This document shows, piece after piece, positions 54,995-64,000 of a DNA stretch of 64,000 nucleotides. Made by a program: the position numbers and the translations under genes. The stretch covers positions 1 through 64,000 of the forward strand of contig JBGFRI010000004.1 in NCBI GenBank assembly GCA_041695225.1, given 5' to 3'. The DNA is from Deinococcota bacterium (GTDB taxonomy: Bacteria > Deinococcota > Deinococci > Deinococcales > Thermaceae). Within the stretch, counting starts at the first letter, position 1. Each line of letters begins with the position of its first letter. Under the pieces are notes generated by a model. That model had not been told where the DNA came from, did no database searches, and saw only the letters and a list, made by a program, of their open reading frames with translations.

Positions 54995-56605
54995 CTATTT
55001 CACTGGCTGATAGTCCTTAAACTGCTCGCGCAGCCGGGACTTGAGGAACTTGCCCGTGCTGGTGCGGGGAATTTCGGTAACAAAGACATAGGCATCTGGC
55101 AGCCACCATCTGGCAAACCTGGGCTCCAGAAACTGGGTGAGGTCTTCTGGGGTAGCGCTGGCGCCTTCTTTCAGCACTATGACGGCCAGCGGGCGCTCGT
55201 CCCACTTGGGGTGGGGAGTGGCAACTACGGCGGCCTCCTTAACGGCAGGGTGGGCCATCAGGGCGTTTTCCAGGTCAATTGAGCTGATCCACTCGCCGCC
55301 GGATTTGATCAGGTCTTTGGTGCGGTCGGCGATGCGGATGTAGCCCTCGGGGTCAATGGTTACCACATCGCCGGTGCGGAACCAGCCATCGGGAGTCCAT
55401 TTGTCTGCTTCGGCCTCGAGGTTATAGTAGCTGGCCGCCACCCAGGGGCCGCGCACCTGTAACTCTCCCAGCGACTGCCCATCCCAGGGCGTCAGGCCCT
55501 GCTCGCCGGCTGCCCGTATTTCCACCAGAGGGGTGGGCAGGCCCTGCTTGGCGCGGTAGGCATACTCCGTCTCAGTATCCCCACGCAGGTGGCGCTTCAA
55601 TCGGCTGACGGTGCCCAGGGGGCTCATCTCGGTCATACCCCAGGCGTGCAGTACCTTCAGCCCAAACTGGTCGAAGGCCCGGATCATGGCCTCGGGAGCC
55701 GCCGAACCACCCACCACCATCTCCATGGACCCCAGTTTCCAGCGCTCCGGCTCTTTTTGCAGGGCCTGCAAGACCCCCATCCAGATGGTCGGTACGCCCG
55801 CAGTCTTGCTAACCCGCTCCGACTGGTACAGATCCAGCAGGCTCACCGCATCGAGGTGCGGCCCTGGCATCACCAGTTTGCTCCCGGCCATCACTCCGGT
55901 AAAGGGCAGCCCCCAGGCCAGCACATGAAACATGGGCACCACCGGTAGCAGCACATCGCTACCCGCAAGGTTGAGTGCGTCGGGCAGGGCCGAGCCCAGG
56001 CTGTGCAGCAGTATCGAGCGGTGCGAGTAGACCACCCCTTTGGGCCTTCCGGTAGTGCCCGAGGTGTAGCACATTGCAGCAGCATCGCGCTCGCCTAGGC
56101 TGGGGTAGGTGAAACTGTCGTCTGCGGTGGCCAGAAACTCCTCGTAGTCCAGAAGGCCCTCCGGCACTGGGTAGCCCGACAAGGGCACCACGATAACCTT
56201 ATCCAGTGTGACCTGCTCTCTAATAGCCTCGTAGAGCTTTAGGAGCACATCATCCACAATCAGGATTCTGTCCTGGGCGTGGCCGATGATGTAGGCGATG
56301 TCGGAGGGGTGCAGCCGCAGATTAAGGGGGTGCAAGACCCCACCTGCTGCCGGAACGCCGAAATAGGCCTCGAGGTGGGCATAGGTGTTCCAGCACAGGG
56401 TGGCGACCCGGTCTCCTTTTTGCAGCCCGGCTTTTTGCAACGCCGAGGCCAGCCTGCGCGAACGCCGGTAAAAGTCAGCAAAGCTGTAGCGGTGCAGAGA
56501 CTTGTCGGGCAGCCGGGTCACAATTTCCTCTTGCGGGAACAAGGCACCGGCCCGCTCTAGCAGGTGGGTAAGGGTAAGGGGAAAGTCCATCATGGTGGCT
56601 TGCAT
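54995..56605 (-). CDS. long/medium-chain fatty-acid--CoA ligase
   Basis: YTSGTTGRPKG, WGMTE, FRTGD, DRTKDLIKSGGE, TGKFLK. Confidence 0.94.
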   Translation of the reverse strand: MQATMMDFPLTLTHLLERAGALFPQEEIVTRLPDKSLHRYSFADFYRRSRRLASALQKAGLQKGDRVATLCWNTYAHLEAYFGVPAAGGVLHPLNLRLHPSDIAYIIGHAQDRILIVDDVLLKLYEAIREQVTLDKVIVVPLSGYPVPEGLLDYEEFLATADDSFTYPSLGERDAAAMCYTSGTTGRPKGVVYSHRSILLHSLGSALPDALNLAGSDVLLPVVPMFHVLAWGLPFTGVMAGSKLVMPGPHLDAVSLLDLYQSERVSKTAGVPTIWMGVLQALQKEPERWKLGSMEMVVGGSAAPEAMIRAFDQFGLKVLHAWGMTEMSPLGTVSRLKRHLRGDTETEYAYRAKQGLPTPLVEIRAAGEQGLTPWDGQSLGELQVRGPWVAASYYNLEAEADKWTPDGWFRTGDVVTIDPEGYIRIADRTKDLIKSGGEWISSIDLENALMAHPAVKEAAVVATPHPKWDERPLAVIVLKEGASATPEDLTQFLEPRFARWWLPDAYVFVTEIPRTSTGKFLKSRLREQFKDYQPVK

Positions 56606-56732
56606 GGTCGTCTCCTGGGTTTGGTTTGGTATGGTACGGCGAGTCTTGTAACTCCAGTATAGAGCCCTCCTCGCTCTGGTGGGGCCTGGTGCTTAGGGCC
56701 AAGGATGGCGGTCGGGGCGGGGAAGTTAGGTG

Positions 56733-56868
56733 TCGAAGGTCTAAGGTCTAAGGTCGAAAGTCAATGGTCAATAGTCAATAGTCGATAGTCAATAGTCCAA
56801 CGACAATAGACCATAGACAATAGACTATAGACAATAGACCATAGACCAAGACAATAGACCATAGACCA
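56733..56868. repeat. heptamer array with inverted arms (GTCAATA / GACCATA)
   Basis: Visible 7-nt periodicity with a strand switch at ~56800. Confidence 0.85.
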
Positions 56869-56900
56869 CCAGGAAGCAGGCAGAGCGATAGAATATTCCC

Positions 56901-57797
56901 GTGATTCATACTATTGACCTCCACGACCGCGCCCCTCGGGTCATTGCCTCGTTTCTGCTGGAAACTAATGGGGGGCCAGTGCTTTTCGAGACCGGGCCCG
57001 AGTCGCGCTTCTCGGTGCTGCTGGACGGCCTTAATACACTGGGCTACGCTGCCTCCGAGGTCAGGCAGGTCTTCGTGACCCACATCCACCTCGACCATGC
57101 CGGCGCGGCCTGGCGTTTTGCCGAGCTGGGGGCCAGGATCTACGTTCACCCCAGAGGAGCGCCGCACCTGATAGACCCCAGCAAGCTCTGGGCCTCGGCT
57201 ACCCGCATCTACGGCGACAAGATGGAAGAACTCTGGGGCCAGATGGGCTTTGTGCCAGAGAGTCAAATAGAAATCCTGCAGGATGGCGATACGGTTGCTC
57301 TGGGTGATCTGAGCGTCCGGGCCATAGAGACACCCGGCCACGCCAACCACCACCACGCTTTTTTGCTCGGCGATATCCTGTTTGGCGGCGACGTGACCGG
57401 CGTGAAGATCGGGCGCGGCCCGGTCTTGCCGCCCTGCCCCCCGCCGGAAATTCACCTCGAGGCCTGGCGCGAGTCCATCGCCAAGGTTCGGGCCGTGCAG
57501 CCCAGCAGCATTTACCTTACCCATTTTGGCCCGACCGGCGAGGTAGGGCCCCACCTGGACGCGCTGGAAGCCCGGCTCCTGGACTGGGCCAACTGGATTA
57601 AAACCGGGCTCAAAGCCGGGCTGAGCCGAGAGCAGATGGTACAAGAGTTCGAGGCTTATGTGGCCGCTGGCCTGCGGGCTGCGGGGCTTTCCGAAGAAGA
57701 GGTGCAGGAGTACGAGTTTGCCGACCCCTCCTGGATGAGTGTGGACGGGCTGGTACGCTACTGGAACAAGCACCACCCCGAAGAGGTGCTGGCCTAG
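56901..57797 (+). CDS. MBL-fold metallo-hydrolase
   Basis: [25 protein letters not shown]. Confidence 0.93.
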   Translation: MIHTIDLHDRAPRVIASFLLETNGGPVLFETGPESRFSVLLDGLNTLGYAASEVRQVFVTHIHLDHAGAAWRFAELGARIYVHPRGAPHLIDPSKLWASATRIYGDKMEELWGQMGFVPESQIEILQDGDTVALGDLSVRAIETPGHANHHHAFLLGDILFGGDVTGVKIGRGPVLPPCPPPEIHLEAWRESIAKVRAVQPSSIYLTHFGPTGEVGPHLDALEARLLDWANWIKTGLKAGLSREQMVQEFEAYVAAGLRAAGLSEEEVQEYEFADPSWMSVDGLVRYWNKHHPEEVLA

Positions 57798-57816
57798 GGT
57801 TTGGCGGTTGTCCAGA

Positions 57817-59502
57817 ATGCAGCCTGCAACTCAGCAACTGATATACAACGCCGACCCAAGCTCTTTAGGCGTAGTCTTCACCCGCCTCGAGGTAGTTGAT
57901 TTCATTCTGGACCTGGTGGGCTACACGGAGGATCAACCACTTCACGAAAGGCGGATTCTGGAGCCGTCCTTTGGTGGCGGTGACTTTTTGTTCTCCATCA
58001 TCGAACGGTTGTTGAGCGCATGGCGAAAAGCAAGGCCCAATGGCGCTCCGCTCGACGATCTGGCAGATGCAGTCAGGGCGGTCGAGCTGCACGGTGATAC
58101 CTTCCACACCACCCATACTGCTGTTGTTACGCTTCTCAAGCGCGAGGGGTTGGCGGCGAAGGCCGCAAAGGCCCTGGCTGGCCGCTGGCTGTGGCAGGGG
58201 GATTTTCTGCTGGCGCCGCTGGAGGGTGAATTCGATTTCGTGGTGGGCAACCCGCCCTATGTGCGTCAGGAGCTAATCCCGGCTCCGCTGCTGGCGGAGT
58301 ATCGCCGCCGCTACCAGACGATGTATGACCGGGCCGACCTGTACATTCCCTTTATCGAGCGTGCGCTACTGCTTCTGGCGCAGGGCGGGAGCCTGGGCTT
58401 CATCTGCGCCGATCGCTGGATGAAGAACCGCTATGGCGGGCCGCTGCGAAGCATGGTGGCCGGGCGGTTCCACCTGAAGTTCTATGTGGATATGGCCGAT
58501 ACCCCGGCCTTCCACTCAAAGGTAACTGCCTACCCCGCAGTAACCGTTATCAGCCGCGAAGCGCCGGGCGCAACGCGCACTGCCCACCGCCCGCCCGTTG
58601 ACCGGGCGACGCTGGGCAGGCTGGCTGGTTTACTGCGCGCCCAGAAGCTGCCCGAAGAACCCGGCCTGGTGCGCGAACTTGCCCAGGTCACCAATGGCGC
58701 ACAGCCCTGGCTGCTGGAGTCATCCGACCAGACGGCGCTCATTCGCCGTCTGGAAGGCTGCTTCCCCTCGCTGGAAGAGGCGGGGTGCAAGGTGGGGATT
58801 GGCGTCGCAACCGGCGCAGACCGAACATTCATCGGCGACTTCGATGCGCTCGAGGTGGAGCCAGACCGCAAGCTGCCGCTGGTGACAACAAAGGACATCA
58901 GCTCCGGTGAGGTGAGGTGGCGTGGCCAGGGTGTGATCAATCCCTTTACCGAGTCGGGCAGGCTGGTAGATTTGGGCGATTACCCGCGCCTGCGGCGCTA
59001 CCTCGAGGCCCAACGGGACGTAATCGCCAGGCGCCACTGCGCGCGGAAGACCCCGGCCAACTGGTATCGCACCATTGACCGCATAACTCCGGAGCTGGCC
59101 GCAAGGCCCAAACTGCTGATCCCGGACATCAAGGGTGAGGCGCATATTGTTTTTGAAGGCGGCCAGCTGTATCCCCACCACAACCTCTATTACGTCACCT
59201 CAGACCACTGGGATTTGCGGGCTTTACAGGCGGTGTTGCTGTCGGCGGTGGCCCGTCTGTTCGTGGCGGCCTACTCAACCAGAATGCGAGGCGGATACCT
59301 GCGCTTCCAGGCCCAGTATCTGCGCCGCATCCGCATCCCGCACTGGGCAGAAGTGCCTGAACCGCTGCGGCGTGAGCTAGCCCGGGCTGCCCTCAGGCAA
59401 GACATACAGGCCTGCAACCGTGCGGTGTGCAGGCTCTACCGCCTGAGCCCAGAGGAAGTTGCTGTCCTGGGTGACACTGAAGCGCAGAAGGGGAGCCTGT
59501 AA
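57817..59502 (+). CDS. orphan N6-adenine methyltransferase, PaeR7I/XhoI-like (predicted CTCGAG)
   Basis: [64 protein letters not shown]; closely resembles M.PaeR7I as recalled from memory. Confidence 0.88.
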   Translation: MQPATQQLIYNADPSSLGVVFTRLEVVDFILDLVGYTEDQPLHERRILEPSFGGGDFLFSIIERLLSAWRKARPNGAPLDDLADAVRAVELHGDTFHTTHTAVVTLLKREGLAAKAAKALAGRWLWQGDFLLAPLEGEFDFVVGNPPYVRQELIPAPLLAEYRRRYQTMYDRADLYIPFIERALLLLAQGGSLGFICADRWMKNRYGGPLRSMVAGRFHLKFYVDMADTPAFHSKVTAYPAVTVISREAPGATRTAHRPPVDRATLGRLAGLLRAQKLPEEPGLVRELAQVTNGAQPWLLESSDQTALIRRLEGCFPSLEEAGCKVGIGVATGADRTFIGDFDALEVEPDRKLPLVTTKDISSGEVRWRGQGVINPFTESGRLVDLGDYPRLRRYLEAQRDVIARRHCARKTPANWYRTIDRITPELAARPKLLIPDIKGEAHIVFEGGQLYPHHNLYYVTSDHWDLRALQAVLLSAVARLFVAAYSTRMRGGYLRFQAQYLRRIRIPHWAEVPEPLRRELARAALRQDIQACNRAVCRLYRLSPEEVAVLGDTEAQKGSL

Positions 59503-59567
59503 ATCTACTCCCGTATGGGCAGGCAATCAACAGGATTCTTTACTTGACCGGGTTGGGTGATCAGGTA

Positions 59568-59872
59568 AAAAACTCGGCTGGCGCCGAGACCCCCCTCCTT
59601 ACCCTCCCCTGCAAGGGGGGGAGGTGATCTGGAGAATTTTCTACCTGCTCAGAACAAGATGACCAGCGTAACAATGAGAGGGAGCTGCGCGGATTTTTTA
59701 GATGACGGGGTTGTGTGACTCATGTAGAAAACTCGGTAGAGTATTCCTCCCCCTCGACGGGGGAGGCTAGGTGGGGGTGTGAGCCGAAGGCGAAATGTTG
59801 AGACTGGAAGAGAAAAACTCGGCTGGCGCCGCGACCCCCCCCTCCCTGCCCTCCCCCGCAAGGGGGAAGGTG
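59568..59872 (+). repeat. partial plus full copy of the ~120-bp GC-hairpin element
   Basis: AAAACTCGGCTGGCGCCG..CCCTCCCC..CAAGGGGG at 59568-59625; full copy at 59745-59870. Confidence 0.85.
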
Positions 59873-59911
59873 ACCCAGGCTCATTTCTACCTGCTCAGGA
59901 CACCCTGACCT

Positions 59912-60328
59912 TTAGGCAACAATTTCCTCGAGCCTGAAAAAAATCTCCACTTCGCGGGATGCACTATCGGGGCTGTCCGAGCCGTGGATGATATTTTCGT
60001 CCACGGTGGTGGCAAAGTCGGCGCGGATGGTGCCGGGAGCGGCTTCCCAGGGGCGGGTTGCCCCCATCAGTCGGCGCATCTCGCCAATGGCGCCAGGGCC
60101 TTCCACAACCATTGCTACCACCGGCCCCCTGGTGATGAACCTGATCAGCCCCTCGAAGAAAGGCTTGCCCTGATGCTCGGCGTAGTGTTTCTGCGCTGTT
60201 TCACGGATGATGACCATTTTTTTCATGGCTACAATCCTGAAACCTTTGCGTTCGATGCGGCTGATGATCTCGCCGGTGAGCCCCCGGCGCACACCATCGG
60301 GTTTGATCATGATGAAGGTGCGTTCCAT
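59912..60328 (-). CDS. ndk: nucleoside-diphosphate kinase
   Basis: [29 protein letters not shown]. Confidence 0.98.
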   Translation of the reverse strand: MERTFIMIKPDGVRRGLTGEIISRIERKGFRIVAMKKMVIIRETAQKHYAEHQGKPFFEGLIRFITRGPVVAMVVEGPGAIGEMRRLMGATRPWEAAPGTIRADFATTVDENIIHGSDSPDSASREVEIFFRLEEIVA

Positions 60329-60361
60329 ACCGCAGAAGAGTCTACACGCTGGGAGACCAAC

Positions 60362-60390
60362 AAAAAACCCTCCCAATAAAGGGAGGGCTT
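60362..60390 (-). terminator. intrinsic terminator after the PPIase gene
   Basis: Minus strand GCCCTCCC-TTTATT-GGGAGGGT followed by TTTTT. Confidence 0.8.
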
Positions 60391-60403
60391 TAGATGCACA
60401 GAC

Positions 60404-62287
60404 TTAGCGGTTAGCAGGAGGTGTGGCTGGCGGGGCGGGGGTGTTCTGGTCGCCAGAACCAGGCTGATTCTGGGGAGCAGCAGGAGGGGCTTGGCCGGGC
60501 GTTGGTTCGTTCGCTGGTTCTTCCCTGGGGGTAAGCGCAGTGAGTACCGCTTGCAGGTTATTTTCCACGGTGGCGGCCTGGCGGACCTCCTCGAGCCACC
60601 GCTGGGCGGCTTCGCCCCGGCGGGTAGCCAGTAACTGCTGGCGGGCCTCTTCCTTCACTTCCTCAAAGGAGCGCAACTGCTCGGCCTTGCGATCATTCAC
60701 AATGAGCACCTGGTAGCTCTCGTCCTCGAGCTTTACCACCTCGCTCACTTCACCCAAAGGCCCACTGGGGAAGCTACCGCGGGTCAGGAAGACCAGGCGG
60801 TTGGGAACGGGGGGCATGGTACCGGGGTTAACCACGCCAAAGTCTTGCACGGTGCCCCCGTTGGCTCTGGCCAGGTCCTGGAGCGCGCCGCCCCGCAGAG
60901 CTGCTGCCCGGAAGGCCTCGGCCCTGGCCCTGTCTTCCCTGGTAAAGTTCACCGCCTGTACCCTGGCCGAGGCAGGGATGGTGAAGTGGGGTAGGTTGGC
61001 GTCGTAAAACCGGCGTACTTCCGCGTCCGAGACGGTAACATCGCGGGTTTTCCACTGCTGGGCCTGGTTGGCGATGTCGGTTCTGGAACCAAAGAAGGGC
61101 TGGTCCAGGGTCCTGGCGGCCTGGTAGACCGCCTCGCGGCTAATGAGCTGCTCAAGCGTCTGGGGCATAAAGAACTGCACGGCCAGCTCGCCCAGGCCCT
61201 GCTGTATCAGTTGCGGCACCTGCTGGTTGGCAAAGACCGACTGGGTCACCTCGGCCAGCCGAATTTCGGTCTCGCCAACCCGGGCCACCACCGGGTTCTC
61301 AAACCGGAAGGTAGAGCCCTCGGGAAAGCTCACCTGGGCCCTGGCCCGCAAGTCTCTGATATAGGCTTCCAGCGCCCCCTGGCCCTTGATGCGCTTGGCG
61401 TCTTCCCTGACGCGGTCCTTGACTTCCTCAAACTCCATATAGCCGGCCGGCAAAAACTTCTCTACCTTCACAATGTAAAAGCGGCCCCCGGCCTCGATGG
61501 GCCGGCTGATCTGCCCGTCGCGCAGCCGGAATACGGCCTCGGCCACCACGTTGGGGAAGACCACCCGGGTTACCGGGCCGGGCTCGCTCTGACCCGCCTG
61601 GGCGCCCAGAGCACCGCCCTGTTCGGCGTTGAGCCGGGAGCTGGCCCTGGCAATGGCAGCAAAATCGGCGCCGGGCGCGCTTACCTCGGCAAAGACTCTG
61701 TCGGCGGAGGCCCGGTCATCGAGTACGATCTGACGGGCCAGTACGCGCTCGTCCTGTCGGTACTGGTCGCGGTTTAGCTCAAAGAAGAGCCGCATTTCAG
61801 CTTCGGTAGGCTCGGCTCGCCTCTCGATCTCTTCGATGCGCTTATTAATGCGAATCTGATTACGTAGCTCGTCGCGCAGTTGCGAATCGGTATAGCCCAC
61901 CTGAACTAAGAAGCGGTTGTAGGCTTCTCTGTCCTGAAGGCCGAAGCGCTCCCTGAGGGTATCGAGCTCCTCCCTGAGCTCCCGGCCCGAGACCCCGATG
62001 CGGGCGGTATCCTGCAAGAGCGCAGTGGTGATGACAAAACGCTCGCCAAAGTTAACATTGGCAAGGTTCAACAAAAGCCCCTGGGGATTGGTGTTCAGGA
62101 TGGGGTCATTCTGCTTTGCCCGGGCCAGATCAAGCTCGGAGACCGGGCGGCCATTCACCGTGAACTCTACCCTGCCCTGGGTGCCACGCTGGCCCTGAGG
62201 CGTGAAAAGCAGAACCGAGCCCGCGACAAAAGCCACGGCAAGAAACCCAAAGATCACGGCAACAACCCTTCTACTGATTCCAAACAC
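60404..62287 (-). CDS. membrane-anchored parvulin-type peptidyl-prolyl isomerase (SurA/PrsA/PpiD-like)
   Basis: N-terminal TM helix, SurA-like N-domain, DFAAIARASS..QGGALG, GQISRPIE..FYIVKV, duplicated architecture, Pro-rich tail. Confidence 0.88.
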   Translation of the reverse strand: MFGISRRVVAVIFGFLAVAFVAGSVLLFTPQGQRGTQGRVEFTVNGRPVSELDLARAKQNDPILNTNPQGLLLNLANVNFGERFVITTALLQDTARIGVSGRELREELDTLRERFGLQDREAYNRFLVQVGYTDSQLRDELRNQIRINKRIEEIERRAEPTEAEMRLFFELNRDQYRQDERVLARQIVLDDRASADRVFAEVSAPGADFAAIARASSRLNAEQGGALGAQAGQSEPGPVTRVVFPNVVAEAVFRLRDGQISRPIEAGGRFYIVKVEKFLPAGYMEFEEVKDRVREDAKRIKGQGALEAYIRDLRARAQVSFPEGSTFRFENPVVARVGETEIRLAEVTQSVFANQQVPQLIQQGLGELAVQFFMPQTLEQLISREAVYQAARTLDQPFFGSRTDIANQAQQWKTRDVTVSDAEVRRFYDANLPHFTIPASARVQAVNFTREDRARAEAFRAAALRGGALQDLARANGGTVQDFGVVNPGTMPPVPNRLVFLTRGSFPSGPLGEVSEVVKLEDESYQVLIVNDRKAEQLRSFEEVKEEARQQLLATRRGEAAQRWLEEVRQAATVENNLQAVLTALTPREEPANEPTPGQAPPAAPQNQPGSGDQNTPAPPATPPANR

Positions 62288-62330
62288 TTGACTGCCTCCT
62301 CTGTGCGGTGCTACCCTGCTCTGTGCGACT

Positions 62331-62406
62331 GCACCCGTAGCTCAGTGGATAGAGCGTTCGCCTCCGGAGCGAAAGGACACAGGTTCGAGTCCTGTCGGGT
62401 GCGCCA
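62331..62406 (+). tRNA. tRNA-Arg(CCG)
   Basis: GCACCCG/CGGGTGC acceptor stem, TAGCTCAGTGGATAGAGC D arm, TTCGC-CTCCGGA-GCGAA anticodon arm, GGTTCGAGTCC, encoded CCA. Confidence 0.98.
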
Positions 62407-62657
62407 ACTTTTGCTGAGTGGGTCTTTTGGCCCGGCCTCGGGGTAGCATCGCCCACTAACCTCTTTGTACCCCAAGATGGTAAGACCAGGGTTAAGTGCC
62501 CGCATATCTACACCAAGGGGCGATTGTAGCATACCCGGTGGTTGGGGATCAGGGCTGGCCGTCCGGGGCGCTTGATCGCGGTGGTTAAGGCCTCAGTGGC
62601 TATACCCGGAGCGACACAGAACAGGTCTGCCAGCAAATCGTCAGGCGGCTAAAGAAT

Positions 62658-63377
62658 ATGCACCCCCCTTCCTTTGAACAGCCCAGGGACCTACAGGAGG
62701 CCGCCGCGCGGCAAAGAGCACTGGCCCAGACCGTGGTGCTGCGGGGCAGCCTGAGCCAGACCCGCTATCTTGTGGCCCTGGATGCCTCCCACCCTACCCG
62801 TTTCTCCAGGGTGCAGGGCGCTGCAGTGGCGGCTGCGGTCTTGTGGGACCGAGCCGAAGGGAGACTGCTCGAGGTCGCTACCGCCTGGATGGACGCGGCC
62901 GAACTTTTTCCCTACATACCTGGGTTTTTGTCCTTCCGCGAGACTCCGCTCTATCTGGCGGCGCTGGCCAGACTGTCGTGCCCTCCCGAGGTGTTGCTGG
63001 TGGATGGGCAGGGCGTCGCCCATCCCAGGGGGCTGGGCATTGCAGCCCATCTGGGGGTTCACCTGGACATTCCGGCCATCGGGGTAGCCAAAACCTTGCT
63101 TTTTGGTAGTCCAGAGGGCGAGCTGCCGCTCGAGGCTGGTTCGGCAGTGCGGTTGATGCAGGGAACGCGGCAGATAGGCTGGGTCTACCGCAGCCGCACC
63201 GGGGTTCAGCCGCTCATCGTCTCGCCGGGGCACCGCGTGGAAATGGAGGAAAGCCTGGCCTTTGTACGCTCACTGATGGGCAAAACCCGGCTGCCAGAGC
63301 CACTCCGCACTGCCCATACCCGGGCCGGTGAAGAACGAAAAGCTTCTGCTAAGCTGTGCCATATTGACATGGTCTGA
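62658..63377 (+). CDS. nfi: endonuclease V
   Basis: FPYIPGFLSFRE, LVDGQGVAHPR..GIAAHLG, IGVAK, VSPGH, RLPEP. Confidence 0.95.
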   Translation: MHPPSFEQPRDLQEAAARQRALAQTVVLRGSLSQTRYLVALDASHPTRFSRVQGAAVAAAVLWDRAEGRLLEVATAWMDAAELFPYIPGFLSFRETPLYLAALARLSCPPEVLLVDGQGVAHPRGLGIAAHLGVHLDIPAIGVAKTLLFGSPEGELPLEAGSAVRLMQGTRQIGWVYRSRTGVQPLIVSPGHRVEMEESLAFVRSLMGKTRLPEPLRTAHTRAGEERKASAKLCHIDMV

Positions 63378-63526
63378 ACACTAAGGCCCACCTGTCATCT
63401 CTTCTGAGGACGGCAAACATATCCTTGAAGCACTCAAGCGCCCTGGCCATGCAAAGAATCCGGGTGACCCCCTCCCATTGAGAGGCTGGTCAGCTAGTGC
63501 TGAGTGGATAGAAAATGGATCCAAAT

Positions 63527-63653
63527 CACCTCCCCCCTTTGCGGGGGAGGGCAGGGAGGGGGGTCTCGGCGGCAGCCGAGTTTTTTCTTCCAGTCGCAAC
63601 GTTTCGCCTTCGGCTCACACCCCCACCTAACCTCCCCCGTCGAGGGGGAGGAA
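63527..63653 (-). repeat. ~120-bp GC-hairpin element (inverted copy)
   Basis: Reverse complement of the copy at 59745-59870. Confidence 0.88.
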
Positions 63654-63793
63654 GTGCTCAATCGAGTTTTTTAGTCACCTAACGCCTAGCGCAGCCTCAA
63701 GACACAAAGCTCCTACCAAGTATCCCCTTGCGCTTCGTCACCACCGCTGCACACAACTCAGGGACAGCTCACCTGCGCTTTGCCAGACGCAGC

Positions 63794-64000
63794 TTAGCGT
63801 CTGCGCCGTCGCCCGCGTTTTCCTACGCTGGCGGGCTCGGGCAGGCCCTTGATGCGGGCCTCGAGGTTTCGCATCTGGTCGCGCAGGCTGGCAGCTTTTT
63901 CGAAGTCGAGGGCCTCGGAGGCCGCCCACATCTCGGTCTCGAGCTGCTCCAGCAGGCTTTGCAGCACCGCCGGGTCGTCTAGGGCGATCTCGGCGGCTTC
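63794..64000 (-). CDS. uvrB: excinuclease ABC subunit B, C-terminal fragment (gene continues beyond the window)
   Basis: Minus strand reads [31 protein letters not shown] (UVR domain), then a basic tail and TAA. Confidence 0.85.
   Translation of the reverse strand, partial: EAAEIALDDPAVLQSLLEQLETEMWAASEALDFEKAASLRDQMRNLEARIKGLPEPASVGKRGRRRRR

Noticed and set aside
62407..62657. Integrative element at tRNA-Arg
   Set aside because: No integrase and no duplicated tRNA 3' end; nfi follows directly.

Overview
GC-rich bacterial chromosomal window, most likely Deinococcota/Thermaceae (Meiothermus-like). This is inferred from the divergent glmS/S-layer arrangement, the cinA-thpR-recA-rny order, spoVS and leaderless genes. 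The backbone is housekeeping: speA, rny, recA, thpR, cinA, ygfZ, pyrRBC, tsaE, glmS, slpA, metK, gltB, spoVS, cysS, ychF, surE, ndk, a PPIase, tRNA-Arg(CCG), nfi and the 3' end of uvrB. Intergenic spaces are filled with several repeat families (heptamer arrays, REP/REPIN-like palindromes, a ~120-bp GC-hairpin element), some of which have invaded genes (pyrC in frame; vapC and a GNAT gene disrupted). Main points of interest: (1) a ~10.3 kb candidate defence island (PLD-SNF2 helicase, N6-MTase with a low-GC specificity region, DUF3800 with a candidate antisense small RNA, orphan HicB, Schlafen/AlbA_2-HATPase, short SLOG/DprA-like protein); (2) an orphan PaeR7I/XhoI-like methyltransferase in a sequence where CTCGAG is strongly over-represented; (3) a glmS ribozyme with a ~130-nt core insertion; (4) an RDRM-like operator on the cinA start; (5) a structured speA leader; (6) an IS110 end inserted in a REP at a CT core. 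All assignments come from reading motifs by eye; no searches were run.
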